Positions 1 to 10,180 of a DNA stretch of 57,845 bases are shown piece after piece. Each line of letters begins with the position of its first letter. The first letter of the stretch is position 1. The DNA is from an uncultured Mycoplasmatota bacterium (GTDB taxonomy: Bacteria > Bacillota_I > Bacilli_A > RF39 > UBA660). The translations under genes and the position numbers were made by a program. Below the pieces are notes generated by a model, which was not told where the DNA came from, ran no database searches, and saw nothing but the letters and a program-made list of their open reading frames with translations. The DNA lies in assembly GCA_947426265.1 (NCBI GenBank), contig CANEDJ010000003.1, forward strand, positions 1 to 57,845. Reading direction: 5' to 3'.

Positions 1-458
1 CAGCAATGACAGTATATGGAACATATAAAGTAGGACAAGGTATTTATAATAAAGTAACCCAGGTAAATACTGCTGGAACTTTGAAAACATATGGAAATAA
101 TAATTTATCAAATGCTAATTTGTATAGAAATAGTCCATATAGTGGGCAAAAAACTTACTTGGTTGATTATAATAAAATTATTAATCAGTATAATTGGGGA
201 AATCCTGAAACTTTATATAGGCATTATAAAGAACATGGAAAGGATTTTAACTCAACTAATCCAGAAGATTATGCACTACAAGCAAAAGAATTTTATCTAG
301 ATAAGTCTAGCTACCAAGTAAAAACTGGAAGAGATGGAATAACGCGAATATATGATAAGAACACCAATACTTTTGGTTCCTATAATTTAGATACTACAAC
401 CAAAACATTTTTTAGACCAACGCGGAAAAATTATTGGGACAATCAAGGAAGAAAGTAA
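1..458 (+). CDS. 3' end of a gene entering from the left edge: C-terminal toxin-like module of a polymorphic toxin (family not assigned)
   Basis: Frame is open to base 1, so the ATG at 6 is probably internal. Small basic/aromatic terminal module (YRHYKEHGKDF...DGITRIYD...TFFRP) is followed 41 nt later by a small ORF with a Shine-Dalgarno (SD), the usual toxin-immunity layout. Confidence 0.45.
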   Translation, partial: AMTVYGTYKVGQGIYNKVTQVNTAGTLKTYGNNNLSNANLYRNSPYSGQKTYLVDYNKIINQYNWGNPETLYRHYKEHGKDFNSTNPEDYALQAKEFYLDKSSYQVKTGRDGITRIYDKNTNTFGSYNLDTTTKTFFRPTRKNYWDNQGRK

Positions 459-499
459 AAGTTCAGAAAGCTAATTCGCTATGAAAAAGGTGATAATAA

Positions 500-889
500 A
501 TGAAGCAGAATGAAAGCATAATGAGAAAATTTTATAATAAAAATAATGATATTTCATATAATCCTATAACCAATTTTGAACAAGCAAAAAAAGAAAAAAA
601 TGCAGTGTTGATATTTGAAGGAGATTATGGTGGCATAATTTACCTTACTTGTCCTATTAGATTAATAAACTGCAATGAAGAAACACTTTATTATCTTTTA
701 AAAAGAATAGATGGTCTTTATTGGAGTGATATTGATGGAGCTAATATATTTTATGAGATTATAGAAGATGATCGTGTTGCAGGAGGTATGAATGGTGGGA
801 AAGTGTTAGAAAAATTATGGATTCATCCAAAAATTTTAGACTTAGGTTTAGGAACTGAAATAGAGAATTTGATTTTTGGTCGTAAATAA
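500..889 (+). CDS. hypothetical 129-aa protein, candidate cognate immunity protein
   Basis: AGGTGA SD 6 nt upstream of ATG; position immediately after the toxin-like domain; no recognisable family. Confidence 0.4.
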   Translation: MKQNESIMRKFYNKNNDISYNPITNFEQAKKEKNAVLIFEGDYGGIIYLTCPIRLINCNEETLYYLLKRIDGLYWSDIDGANIFYEIIEDDRVAGGMNGGKVLEKLWIHPKILDLGLGTEIENLIFGRK

Positions 890-906
890 CAAAACATATT
901 GAAAGT

Positions 907-934
907 AGCCAATCATTTGATTGGCTTTCCTTCT
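907..934 (+). terminator. putative intrinsic terminator
   Basis: 8-bp stem AGCCAATC/GATTGGCT with 4-nt loop, followed by a T-rich run that is interrupted. Confidence 0.45.
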
Positions 935-1098
935 ATTATGCATTCTAAAACTGTCCAAATCAGTAAATTAGTCAAAGTTAAATAACTGACTTAGTAATTA
1001 GTAGAGGAAAACAAAAATTGGCAAATCTCAGGAATAATACAATGTTTTTCCTAGAAAAAGGAAATTATATAAATTATTAAGTATGGAATTAACCCAAG

Positions 1099-1126
1099 CA
1101 AAAAAGGAAGAAGACTTCCTTTTTTT
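1099..1126 (-). terminator. intrinsic terminator of the YjcZ-like gene (A-run/T-run flanked, possibly bidirectional)
   Basis: Stem AGGAAG/CTTCCT, loop AAGA, flanked by A5-6 and T6; begins at the gene's stop codon. Confidence 0.75.
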
Positions 1127-1301
1127 AGTTATTAAATGCTCTTGCACCAATAACGATTACTAATAAGATAAATAGGACTAATATGATAGCAGCACCATAT
1201 CCAGCACCGCCACCGTATCCGTATCCTCCACCATAAGATGGATATCCAGAGTTGCAGCAGCAATTATTTCCATAACCACTATAACCACCGTAATAATACA
1301 T
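1125..1301 (-). CDS. YjcZ-family tiny Gly/Tyr/Cys-rich sporulation membrane protein (58 aa)
   Basis: MYYYGGYSGYGNNCCCNSGYPSYGGGYGYGGGAGYG followed by one TM helix; GGGAGGGA SD 5 nt before ATG 1301 (the track start at 1316 lies upstream of the SD). Confidence 0.7.
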   Translation of the reverse strand: MYYYGGYSGYGNNCCCNSGYPSYGGGYGYGGGAGYGAAIILVLFILLVIVIGARAFNN

Positions 1302-1409
1302 TATAATCCCTCCCATCTAATCTAATATATTGTATTAAACTGTCAAAATAATGTTTATGAAATTCACCTATTTTTGAAAAATTGATTGTGAGATAATGAA
1401 ATATATGTT

Positions 1410-2609
1410 ATGATTAAAAGTAGAGTAGGTGAGGATATGATCAAACAAATAAGACGTAACTTACATGATTTAGATAAACCATTACTCTTTGTTACAGTAG
1501 CTTTCTTCTTGTTTGGATTATTTAATATCTTAACTGCCTCTAGTAGAGAAGCTGTTGTCAGATACGATGCTTCTATGTATCACTATTTTATTCAACAATT
1601 AAAAATGCTTTCTATTGGTTTTGTAGGATTTCTCATTATCATTAATATTGATAGCAAACATTATCCAAAATGGGCATTTTTCTTATTTATTGCAATTTTA
1701 CTTTTACTGCTTTACTTGTCTTTTGCTGGAACAGAACATAAAGGAGCTAAAAACTGGGTAAATATTGCAGGTTTTTCTTTTCAACCAAGTGAATTTGCCA
1801 AACCTATCATTATTGTATCTTTAGCTTGTTTTTTTGATTTATTTGGAAAAAAACTTAAAAACAAAAAAATTGCTCACTATGACATGATTTCAGTTGTTCT
1901 GATAATCGGATTATTAATTCCAGTAATTGTATTCTTACAAAAGGACTTTGGAACCATGTTAATATTAATGACAATTTTCTTCGTAATGTTTTTTGCCAGC
2001 CCTATTTTGAGAATTGAAAAATTAAAAACTTTCTTTTTACTAATAGGACTTGGAATTGTAGCATGTTCTATGATGATTATGGTGAAAGGATATATTTTAT
2101 CTCCAGCCCAAATGGCAAGATTTGATTTCTTTAATCCTTGCTCTAAATACGAGAAAGGCGGATATCAAGTCTGTAATGGTTTCATCGCTTTCAATGATGG
2201 AGGTTTATGGGGACTTGGAATAGGAAAAAGTAAGCAAAAATATTCTTATATTCCAGAACCTCATACAGATAGCGTTTTCGCTATCATAGGAGAAGAATGG
2301 GGATTTTTAAAAAGCACTTTTATCTTTATTGTTTATGCATATATTTTAAAGCGGATATTAGACCTATCAGCAAAAGCAAGTAGGGTAAGAGGCAAATTTA
2401 TTTGTTTGGGAGTGGCAACTTATATATTTTCTCATATTTTAATTAACCTAGGTGGATTATTTGGAGTAATTCCTTTAACTGGAGTTCCATTACCTTTCTT
2501 ATCTTATGGTGGCTCTTTTGCCATTTCCCTAATTGGTTCTCTTAGTCTTGTACAAAGAGTTCATATAGAAACAAAAAATCAAAAAATTAATGTAGGAGGA
2601 AGAATATGA
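1410..2609 (+). CDS. ftsW: SEDS-family peptidoglycan polymerase (FtsW/RodA/SpoVE)
   Basis: About 10 TM segments, with NWVNIAGFSFQPSEFAKP, IPEPHTDSVFA and GVPLPFLSYGGS motifs; alternative start ATG 1437. Confidence 0.9.
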   Translation: MIKSRVGEDMIKQIRRNLHDLDKPLLFVTVAFFLFGLFNILTASSREAVVRYDASMYHYFIQQLKMLSIGFVGFLIIINIDSKHYPKWAFFLFIAILLLLLYLSFAGTEHKGAKNWVNIAGFSFQPSEFAKPIIIVSLACFFDLFGKKLKNKKIAHYDMISVVLIIGLLIPVIVFLQKDFGTMLILMTIFFVMFFASPILRIEKLKTFFLLIGLGIVACSMMIMVKGYILSPAQMARFDFFNPCSKYEKGGYQVCNGFIAFNDGGLWGLGIGKSKQKYSYIPEPHTDSVFAIIGEEWGFLKSTFIFIVYAYILKRILDLSAKASRVRGKFICLGVATYIFSHILINLGGLFGVIPLTGVPLPFLSYGGSFAISLIGSLSLVQRVHIETKNQKINVGGRI

Positions 2610-2977
2610 AAAAAAATGGATTTACATTAGCTGAACTTTTAGGAGTAGTTGTTATTTTAGGGCTTTTGCTTCTTCTCGTATTCCCATCAGTTGTAAAAGA
2701 ACTAAAAGAAGGAGAAGCGAACATTGATAGCGCAGTAGAACAGATTATTAAAAATGGGGCTTCAAATTATGTTGAAAATAACAAAAATACTTATCCATCT
2801 ACCAAGAATGCAACTTATTGTATTACTTTAAGTACTTTAGTAAATGCAGGAGAAATTTCTAAAAGCTTGCTTATTGATAAAAAAGGCAATGAATTGGATT
2901 TAGGAAAAAAAGTAGAAGTTCAGATTCAAAGTGGTCAAAAAACTTATCAAATGAATGATCAATGTCAAAATAGTTAG
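2606..2977 (+). CDS. type IV pilin / ComGC-like pseudopilin (prepilin N-terminal cleavage-methylation signal)
   Basis: MKKNG|FTLAELLGVVVILGLLLLLVFP signal, 2 Cys in the C-terminal half; ATGA overlap with the ftsW stop; AGGAGG SD lies inside the ftsW 3' end. Confidence 0.85.
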   Translation: MKKNGFTLAELLGVVVILGLLLLLVFPSVVKELKEGEANIDSAVEQIIKNGASNYVENNKNTYPSTKNATYCITLSTLVNAGEISKSLLIDKKGNELDLGKKVEVQIQSGQKTYQMNDQCQNS

Positions 2978-3020
2978 GATTTTTTATCTATGAGCAAATA
3001 TCATTTTATGAGGTGATAAA

Positions 3021-3677
3021 ATGATACAAAAAATATTTGAGAAAAAAAGAATGTTACTAATTTTAAGTATCACTCTTTTTTTATTACTTTCTTGTTTTTT
3101 ATTTCCAAAAGAGGAAGAAATTATATTAGAGGAATCATTGAAAGAAGAAACTGGAAAAGTTGTTCAAGAAGACGTTATTCAAGTAGATATCAAGGGAGCT
3201 GTTAAAACTCCAGGAGTCTATCAAATGAATAACAATTCTAGGGTTCAGGATGCTATAGAAAAAAGTGGAGGACTTTTAGAAAATGCTTATTTAAATACAA
3301 TCAATTTAAGTAAAAGATTACATGATGAAATGGTAATTATCATTTATACAAAAGAAGAAATAGATCAATTTCTAAAAGAAGAAACACGAACATTAAAACA
3401 AGAGAACACTTGTATTTGTCCTAAAATAACAAATGATGTTTGTATAGAAAAATCAATTACAAATAAAGAAGAAATCAATCATACATTGAAAATATCCTTA
3501 AACCATGGAAAGAAAGAAGACTTTGAAACATTAACAGGAATAGGCCCATCAAAAGCAGAAGCAATTATAAAATATCGAAATGAGCATGGAAAATTTGAAA
3601 CCATTGAAGAAATTAAAAATGTAAATGGAATAGGAGAAGCAACTTTTGAAAAGATTAAAGATCATCTTACACTCTAA
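3021..3677 (+). CDS. comEA: DNA receptor ComEA (TM anchor, SLBB-like domain, C-terminal helix-hairpin-helix)
   Basis: VDIKGAVKTPGVYQM...RVQDAIEKSGG, and C-terminal LTGIGPSKAEAIIKYRNEHGKFETIEEIKNVNGIGEATFEKIK. Confidence 0.9.
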   Translation: MIQKIFEKKRMLLILSITLFLLLSCFLFPKEEEIILEESLKEETGKVVQEDVIQVDIKGAVKTPGVYQMNNNSRVQDAIEKSGGLLENAYLNTINLSKRLHDEMVIIIYTKEEIDQFLKEETRTLKQENTCICPKITNDVCIEKSITNKEEINHTLKISLNHGKKEDFETLTGIGPSKAEAIIKYRNEHGKFETIEEIKNVNGIGEATFEKIKDHLTL

Positions 3678-5691
3678 TTACTTTTTGCTAATTTGTTTTT
3701 TACTTTTATTATTTTATCTTTTTTATTCTTTTACATTTGTAAAATCTAAATACCAAAAAAATGATATTTCCTTTGAGGGAACTATTTTATCTAAAAAAAT
3801 ATACGAAAGTTATGCTATCTTAGAAATAAAGGGAAAAGAAAAATTGCTTGTCCAATATACTTTTTCTTCTATAAAATTGATACAAAACTTAAAAATAGGG
3901 GATGTTATTTCTTTTAAAGGTACTTTAGAATTGCCTAGTTCAAATAGGAACTTTTACCTATTTAATTATCAAAAGTATTTAAAAGGAAAACAAATTTTTT
4001 GGATTGCGAAAACGGATAGCATTATATTAAAGAAACCTTCTAGTGGATTTTATTTATGGAAAGATAAACTGATTCGAAAAATGGAAAAGAAAAAACAAGC
4101 CTCTTATTATTTTTCCTTTTTATTAGGGGATAGTTCTAGTTTAAAGAAAAAAAATTTATATCAAGAATTAGGAATTAGCCACTTATTTGCTGTTTCAGGA
4201 ATGCATATCCTCTTTATTGCAGGTTTCCTATCAAAATTGTTTCAAAAACTATGTTCTAAAACACTAATTTCCTTTTTTCTTGTTACAGTTGTATTAACTT
4301 TCTATATTTGGTTATTATCAGATAGCGCTTCTGCTAATAGAGCTTATCTACTATATCTTTTCTCTTTCTTAAATAAATATTACAAATTACAACTTTCTTC
4401 TTTAAAATTATTGCTTTTTGTTCTTATGATTTCTATTTTTAAAAATCCATTTTGTCTCTTTCAAATAGGATTTCAATTTAGTTTTTTAATTTGCTTTTTT
4501 TTGATGCTTAAAAAAAGAGATTCCAAAGGATATATAAAAGACTTATGGATCACATCTAGTCTTGCCTTTCTTGTGAGCCTACCACTTTCTTTATACCATT
4601 TTCATCAAATTCATTTAGGAAGTATTTGCTTTAATATGATTGCGGTTCCTTTTGTAACAATCATTTTATTTCCATTATCCTTCTTGTCCTTTTTCTTTCC
4701 AATATTTGAAAATCTTTTTTGTTTATGTATTGGAATTTTTGAATTTACAATAGATAGCTTCAAAATATTTGATTTTTTAAAATTGATATTTCCAGCTTAT
4801 CCAGTTTTTTCTCTTTTCTTCTATTATTTTATATTAATCTTTGGTTTTATTAAAACTAAAAAAATATTGGTTTTCTTTTTCTTACTTTTATTTTTGCACT
4901 TTCTAACTCCTTATATCAATAACTCTTATTGGGTTGATATGATTGACATAAAAGAAGGAGACGCTATTTTAATACGTTATCCTCATTTAGAAAAGACCAT
5001 TTTAATTGATTGTGGAGGTAGGCTACCTTTTCAAAAAAATAGTATATCTCAAGTAGATAACATATTCATTCCTTATATGAAAGCATTAGGAGTGAAAAAA
5101 ATAGACATTTTAATACTCTCCCATGGAGATTACGATCATATGGGAAATGCAATAGAATTAGTAGAAAAATTTAAAGTAGAAAAAGTAATTTTTAATTGTG
5201 GGGAATGGAATGAATTAGAACAAAATTTAATTAAAGTTTTAGAAAAAAAGAAATTAAAATACTATTCTTGCATAAAAGAACTCAAAACTGCTTCTAATAA
5301 ATTGTATTTTCTAAATACAAGAGAATACGAGAATGAAAATGATAATTCAAGTGTTATTTATACAGAACTGAGTCATTACAAATTTCTATTTATGGGTGAT
5401 GCAGGAGAAAAGAAAGAAAAGGAAATATTAAATAAATATAAATTGCAAGATATAGATGTACTAAAAGTAGGGCATCATGGAAGTAAAACAAGCTCTAGTG
5501 AAGAATTTATTGATAGAATAAATCCTAAATATTCTATTATTTCAGTTGGCAAAAATAACAGGTATGGGCATCCAAATCAAGAAGTATTGAAAAACTTAGC
5601 AAATTCAAAAATATATAGAACAGACAAAAATGGAGGAATCCAAATAAAACTAAGCAAGAATGGGTATCAGATGAAAACTTGTCATCCATAA
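3646..5691 (+). CDS. comEC: DNA internalisation channel ComEC/Rec2 with C-terminal metallo-beta-lactamase domain
   Basis: Polytopic competence domain (GISHLFAVSGMHI) plus LSHGDYDHMGN and VGHHGS MBL motifs; TTG start with AGGAGA SD, overlapping the comEA end. Confidence 0.9.
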   Translation: MKRLKIILHSNYFLLICFLLLLFYLFYSFTFVKSKYQKNDISFEGTILSKKIYESYAILEIKGKEKLLVQYTFSSIKLIQNLKIGDVISFKGTLELPSSNRNFYLFNYQKYLKGKQIFWIAKTDSIILKKPSSGFYLWKDKLIRKMEKKKQASYYFSFLLGDSSSLKKKNLYQELGISHLFAVSGMHILFIAGFLSKLFQKLCSKTLISFFLVTVVLTFYIWLLSDSASANRAYLLYLFSFLNKYYKLQLSSLKLLLFVLMISIFKNPFCLFQIGFQFSFLICFFLMLKKRDSKGYIKDLWITSSLAFLVSLPLSLYHFHQIHLGSICFNMIAVPFVTIILFPLSFLSFFFPIFENLFCLCIGIFEFTIDSFKIFDFLKLIFPAYPVFSLFFYYFILIFGFIKTKKILVFFFLLLFLHFLTPYINNSYWVDMIDIKEGDAILIRYPHLEKTILIDCGGRLPFQKNSISQVDNIFIPYMKALGVKKIDILILSHGDYDHMGNAIELVEKFKVEKVIFNCGEWNELEQNLIKVLEKKKLKYYSCIKELKTASNKLYFLNTREYENENDNSSVIYTELSHYKFLFMGDAGEKKEKEILNKYKLQDIDVLKVGHHGSKTSSSEEFIDRINPKYSIISVGKNNRYGHPNQEVLKNLANSKIYRTDKNGGIQIKLSKNGYQMKTCHP

Positions 5692-6050
5692 GAAGACTTA
5701 AGATGTGAATTAGATAGATGAAAATGTAAAAAAGAATCAAAGTGAAACTATTGGAATTGTCATTTGTAAATAAGATAATAAAATATTGTTTCAATGAAAG
5801 AATATCAATTAATTGAATATTAAAAGATGAGTAAAAGAAGCAATCATTTTTTTGACACATATTGACTACATAAAAATATACTATTTATGAAAGAGGTAAG
5901 AAAATGAAGCAAACAGGAATATTATTTATCAAAACTGGATACGCTATAAGTAGGACATTATGATTTAAAAAATGGAGAAGAAAAAATTGAATTCTAAATC
6001 TTGTCTTCCCTGAGACACGTTACCCATATGGTGGCGTTTTATATAGATTT

Positions 6051-6073
6051 GAGGCATAAATTGCCTCTTTTTT
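6051..6073 (+). terminator. intrinsic terminator in the comEC-dnaG spacer
   Basis: GAGGCA-TAAAT-TGCCTC followed by T6. Confidence 0.6.
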
Positions 6074-6153
6074 GCGTTTTTATAAAAAATATTATTAAAT
6101 TTTTAGGATTTTTAAAAGTTTTGTCGTATATTATTAATAGGGAGTTCGATAAT

Positions 6154-7905
6154 ATGCCTTTGATAAGTCCAGAAGAAATTAATCGCATAAAAGATAGTAA
6201 TGATATCGTAGATACAATATCAAAGTATATTCCGCTTGTACCAAAAGGGAAAAACTTTTTTGGAGTTTGTCCTTTTCATGAGGACCATTCCCCTAGTATG
6301 AGTGTCTCTAAAGAAAAGCAAATCTATACTTGCTTTTCATGTGGTGCTACTGGAAATGTTATAAAATTTATTGAAGACTATGAAAATGTTAGCTTTATGG
6401 AAGCTTTAAAAATATTAGCAGATCGTGCTGGTATTATTTTATCGGTAGGAACTGTTCAAAAAAAAGGATCAGATAGAAATGCTCCACTTTACGATATTTA
6501 TGATTTAAGCTCTAAATTTTATCATAATAACATTAATACTGCTCTTGGAAAGGCCGCCAAAGAATATTTAAAGCAAAGAGACATTGATGAAGCAATCATT
6601 AAAGAATTTGGAATAGGGCTGGCTTTAAAAAAACATGACATGCTGACAAGTCTTCTTACCAATAAAAAATTTGATATGAACATGCTTATGAAAAGTGGGC
6701 TTGTAGTAAGAAATGAACGAGGTTATTTGGATTCTTATTACAATCGGATTATGTTTCCACTATGGGATATTACAGGAAAAGTAGTAGGGTTTAGTGGAAG
6801 AATTTATAATGGAGAAAAAGATGCCCCTAAATATATTAATTCTAAAGAATCAGAGATTTTTAAAAAAGGAGAACTCTTATACAACTATCATCGAGCGAAG
6901 GATGAAGCAAGAAAAGAAAACAAAGTCATTATCATGGAAGGCTTTATGGATGTTATTAGAGCTTATACGATTGGATTAAAAAATGTTGTTGCTATGATGG
7001 GAACAGCAGTAACCAAAGAGCAAGCATTGCTTATAAAGCGTATGGCAAAAGATGTAATTCTATGTTTTGATGGAGATAGAGCTGGAGAAAAAGCAACTCT
7101 ATCTTGTTCAGAAGAACTTTTAAAAATTGGGGTGACCCCTAAAATTATTTATTTAGAAGAAGATTTAGATCCAGATGAATATATTAGTAAATATGGAAAA
7201 GAAAGATTTTTAGGAAAACTTGAAAATCCAATTAATGTAATGGATTTTAAATTATTTTATCTAAAAAAACAGAAAAATTTGTCTAGTGAACAGGATGTCG
7301 CAAAATATGTGAGTGATGTATTAGAAGAATTGACGAAAATAGATGATGATATTCTAAAAGAATTAACTCTTCAAAAAATCAGTAAAGAATCAAAATTGGA
7401 TATTGAATTTTTGAAAGCTCAATTAGCATCGAAAGAAATACCAAAAAAAGTAGAAGAAAAGAAAGATCCGAAGAAAAAAATAAATAAGTATGATAAAGCT
7501 CAAATGTATTTGTTATATTATATGTTAAGAAGCAAAGAAGTTATTCGCTTATATAATAAAAAAATTACATTTATGCCTATAGAGCGTTATCGTAATTTAG
7601 CGTTTCATATTAGTTATTACTATAAATTGAATGGAGATATTAATATTTCATCATTGATTGATCAATTTGAAGATCATAAAGAACTGATTCGAACATTAGG
7701 AGAAATAGAACAATTAAACTTAAAAGAAGATTATACATTAGAAGAAATAGAAGATTATTTAAATACGATTAAAGAATATAATATCAAAAACGGACAAGCT
7801 GAATTGCAAAAAAAATTAAAAGAAGAACGAGATTTGAAAGAAAAAGTTAGAATTGCAAATGAAATACTTGCATTAAAAGTAAGGAGAGAAGAAAATGATA
7901 AATGA
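6154..7905 (+). CDS. dnaG: DNA primase
   Basis: Zinc ribbon [13 protein letters not shown]...[17 protein letters not shown]...DGDRAG; AGGGAG SD before ATG 6154 (the track's TTG 6001 start runs through a terminator). Confidence 0.95.
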   Translation: MPLISPEEINRIKDSNDIVDTISKYIPLVPKGKNFFGVCPFHEDHSPSMSVSKEKQIYTCFSCGATGNVIKFIEDYENVSFMEALKILADRAGIILSVGTVQKKGSDRNAPLYDIYDLSSKFYHNNINTALGKAAKEYLKQRDIDEAIIKEFGIGLALKKHDMLTSLLTNKKFDMNMLMKSGLVVRNERGYLDSYYNRIMFPLWDITGKVVGFSGRIYNGEKDAPKYINSKESEIFKKGELLYNYHRAKDEARKENKVIIMEGFMDVIRAYTIGLKNVVAMMGTAVTKEQALLIKRMAKDVILCFDGDRAGEKATLSCSEELLKIGVTPKIIYLEEDLDPDEYISKYGKERFLGKLENPINVMDFKLFYLKKQKNLSSEQDVAKYVSDVLEELTKIDDDILKELTLQKISKESKLDIEFLKAQLASKEIPKKVEEKKDPKKKINKYDKAQMYLLYYMLRSKEVIRLYNKKITFMPIERYRNLAFHISYYYKLNGDINISSLIDQFEDHKELIRTLGEIEQLNLKEDYTLEEIEDYLNTIKEYNIKNGQAELQKKLKEERDLKEKVRIANEILALKVRREENDK

Positions 7906-8983
7906 AATTAAAAGTTTTGAAGAAAGAAAACAAGAATTAGTAAAAAAAGGAAAAGAAAAAGGCTTCATTAGTTATGAAGAATTGGCAGTTGCTTTAAAGG
8001 GACTAGATTTAGATGCAGATGCTTTAGATGAATTATATAATTTGTTTACTGAAAATAATATTGCAGTTGTATCTGAAGATGAAAGTGAAGGCGGAAATGG
8101 TGGAAATGTTGATAAAATTCTGTTAGATGATAATGCTTTAACCAAAGATCTAACAATTAATGATCCAGTTAGAATGTATTTAAAAGAAATAGGACAGATC
8201 AAATTACTCAGTATGGAAGAAGAACTAGAATTATCTGATCGTATTCGTGAAGGAGACGAACAAGCCAAAACGATTTTAGCAGAAGCAAATTTGCGTTTGG
8301 TTGTTAGTATTGCAAAAAGATATGTAGGGAGAGGGATGCTTTTCTTAGACTTAATTCAAGAAGGAAACATTGGCTTAATGAAAGCAGTAGATAAATTCGA
8401 TGTTTCAAAAGGATTTAAATTTTCTACATATGCAACATGGTGGATTAGACAAGCTATTACAAGAGCAATCGCAGACCAAGCACGTACAATTCGTGTTCCA
8501 GTGCATATGGTTGAAACAATTAATAAGCTAGCGCGTGTTCAAAGGCAACTTACATTAGAATTGAATCGTGAGCCAAGTGAAGAAGAATTGGCCAAAAAAA
8601 TGAATGTTTCTGTTGACAAAATTAGAGACATCTATAAAATTTCACAAGAACCAGTTAGTTTAGAAACTCCAATTGGAGAAGAAGACGATTCGCATTTGGG
8701 GGATTTTGTTCCAGATGAAAGGAATATGAGCCCAGAAGAATATGCAACGAATGAAATGTTAAAAGATGAAATTTCAGAAGTACTTCTTACTTTGACAGAA
8801 AGAGAAGAAAAGGTAATTCGTTTACGTTTTGGACTAGAAGATGGAAAATCTAGAACATTAGAAGAAGTTGGACAAATGTTTGGAGTTACTCGTGAGCGCA
8901 TTAGACAAATTGAAGCGAAAGCTTTAAGAAAATTGCGTCATCCTTCTCGTTCTAGAAAATTAAAGGATTATATGGGGGATTAA
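7895..8983 (+). CDS. sigA: primary RNA polymerase sigma factor (sigma-70/SigA)
   Basis: Region 2 [16 protein letters not shown], region 4 [30 protein letters not shown]; overlaps dnaG by 11 nt. Confidence 0.97.
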   Translation: MINEIKSFEERKQELVKKGKEKGFISYEELAVALKGLDLDADALDELYNLFTENNIAVVSEDESEGGNGGNVDKILLDDNALTKDLTINDPVRMYLKEIGQIKLLSMEEELELSDRIREGDEQAKTILAEANLRLVVSIAKRYVGRGMLFLDLIQEGNIGLMKAVDKFDVSKGFKFSTYATWWIRQAITRAIADQARTIRVPVHMVETINKLARVQRQLTLELNREPSEEELAKKMNVSVDKIRDIYKISQEPVSLETPIGEEDDSHLGDFVPDERNMSPEEYATNEMLKDEISEVLLTLTEREEKVIRLRFGLEDGKSRTLEEVGQMFGVTRERIRQIEAKALRKLRHPSRSRKLKDYMGD

Positions 8984-9636
8984 TGAAATTATCAAGACGA
9001 TTACAAACAATTATAGATATGATCCCAGAAGGAGTTCGAGTGATTGATGTCGGTTGTGATCATGCTTTTTTAGACATTTATTTAACTTTAAAAGGAACCA
9101 ACCGATGTATTGCTAGTGATATCAATGAAAATGTATTAAAAAAGACCAAGGAAATGATAGAAAGCTATCAGTTGTTAGATAAGATACAAATTGTTAGAAG
9201 TGATGGATTAAAAGAAATAGAAGTAAAGCAAGATGATTTTGTAGTGATTGCTGGAATGGGGACTTCTACAATTTTAAGAATTTTATCAGAAAAAGAAATT
9301 ACACAAGTGATAATTCAAAGCAATAATGATTTAGAGGAACTTCGTAGAAAACTTTCTGACAATTATGGATTTTTAATTGTTGATGAGCAAGTGGTTTTTG
9401 AAAAAAATCTTTATTATGTTATTATGAAAATTCAAAAAGGAAATGTTCGTTACAGTGATAAAGAGTGTCAGTTAGGACCAATTTTGATTTCTAAAAGAGA
9501 CAGTTTAACAAAAAGCTATTTTGAAGCTTTGTTAAAGAAAAAAAAGAAAATACTAGATGCTTTACCAATCGATTGCGAAGAACAAAAAAAATTTATGGTG
9601 GAGATATCATATTTGAAAGAGGTTTTAAAAGGATAA
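8983..9636 (+). CDS. trmK: tRNA (adenine22-N1)-methyltransferase TrmK (YqfN-like)
   Basis: KLSRRLQTIIDMIPEGVRVIDVGCDHAFLDIYL N-terminus; conserved dnaG-sigA-trmK synteny. Confidence 0.85.
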   Translation: MKLSRRLQTIIDMIPEGVRVIDVGCDHAFLDIYLTLKGTNRCIASDINENVLKKTKEMIESYQLLDKIQIVRSDGLKEIEVKQDDFVVIAGMGTSTILRILSEKEITQVIIQSNNDLEELRRKLSDNYGFLIVDEQVVFEKNLYYVIMKIQKGNVRYSDKECQLGPILISKRDSLTKSYFEALLKKKKKILDALPIDCEEQKKFMVEISYLKEVLKG

Positions 9637-9686
9637 TTTTGTTATCTTTTTTTATATAATTGGTGATTTTGGAAATAATAGTAAAG

Positions 9687-9713
9687 AAAAAACTGTTAGA
9701 AATTAACAGTTTT
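9687..9713. terminator. bidirectional intrinsic terminator between trmK and the yqfQ-like gene
   Basis: AAAACTGTTA-GAAAT-TAACAGTTTT hairpin with an A-run upstream and a T-run downstream. Confidence 0.65.
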
Positions 9714-10059
9714 AAGCAAAGAAAGTAGGTCCTGCTTCATTTGCTAGAGAACTTTTTGATACAATATCAGCAGTATTTTCTGAAGAAATATTTTGTTTTA
9801 TTGTTTGAGGTTTTTGTTCTTTTGTATCTACTTTTTTAAATTCATTCATAACTCTGAACATTGTTTTCGCATTTTTCATCATTGGTGATACTTGCTTTAC
9901 AACTGGAATTGCTTGATTTACAAAGTTTAGTGTTCTTTGTGCTCCATTTAGGAGACTAGAAAAACTAAAACCTTTGCCTAAACCACTCCCTAATAAATTT
10001 GTTGTAGGTGCGGAAAGCGTGCTGTAAGGATATAGAAAATAAGGATTATAGTAATTCAT
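9712..10059 (-). CDS. VrrA/YqfQ-family protein (115 aa)
   Basis: SFSSLLNGAQRTLNFVNQAIPVVKQVSPMMKNAKTMFRVMNEF resembles the YqfQ core; GGAG SD before ATG 10059 (the track start at 10224 is an upstream extension). Confidence 0.6.
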   Translation of the reverse strand: MNYYNPYFLYPYSTLSAPTTNLLGSGLGKGFSFSSLLNGAQRTLNFVNQAIPVVKQVSPMMKNAKTMFRVMNEFKKVDTKEQKPQTIKQNISSENTADIVSKSSLANEAGPTFFA

Positions 10060-10105
10060 GCTAGTACTCCTTTCTAACTTATTATATGAATTTGTCAAAA
10101 AAAGT

Positions 10106-10133
10106 TTTACAAAATCAAAATATGTGGTATAAT
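10106..10133 (+). promoter_or_regulatory. sigma-A type promoter for pilC/comGB-pilD
   Basis: TTTACA-16 nt-TATAAT with an extended TG (TGGTATAAT). Confidence 0.55.
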
Positions 10134-10180
10134 CTTTATAGTATAAAAGAGTAGAGGAGATTGGAAGGTGTTCTTTTATT

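Noticed and set aside
5537-5860. 107-aa minus-strand ORF overlapping the comEC 3' end
   Set aside because: No SD, low-complexity composition, and it mostly mirrors the comEC coding sequence: a shadow ORF.
6001-6153. N-terminal 51-codon extension of dnaG from the track's TTG start
   Set aside because: It runs through an intrinsic terminator hairpin. The conserved primase N-terminus ([13 protein letters not shown]) begins at ATG 6154 with an AGGGAG SD.
7972-8901. Ser-rich minus-strand ORFs (98 and 89 aa) inside sigA
   Set aside because: These are antisense shadows of GAA/GAT-rich sigA codons. sigA is unambiguous.
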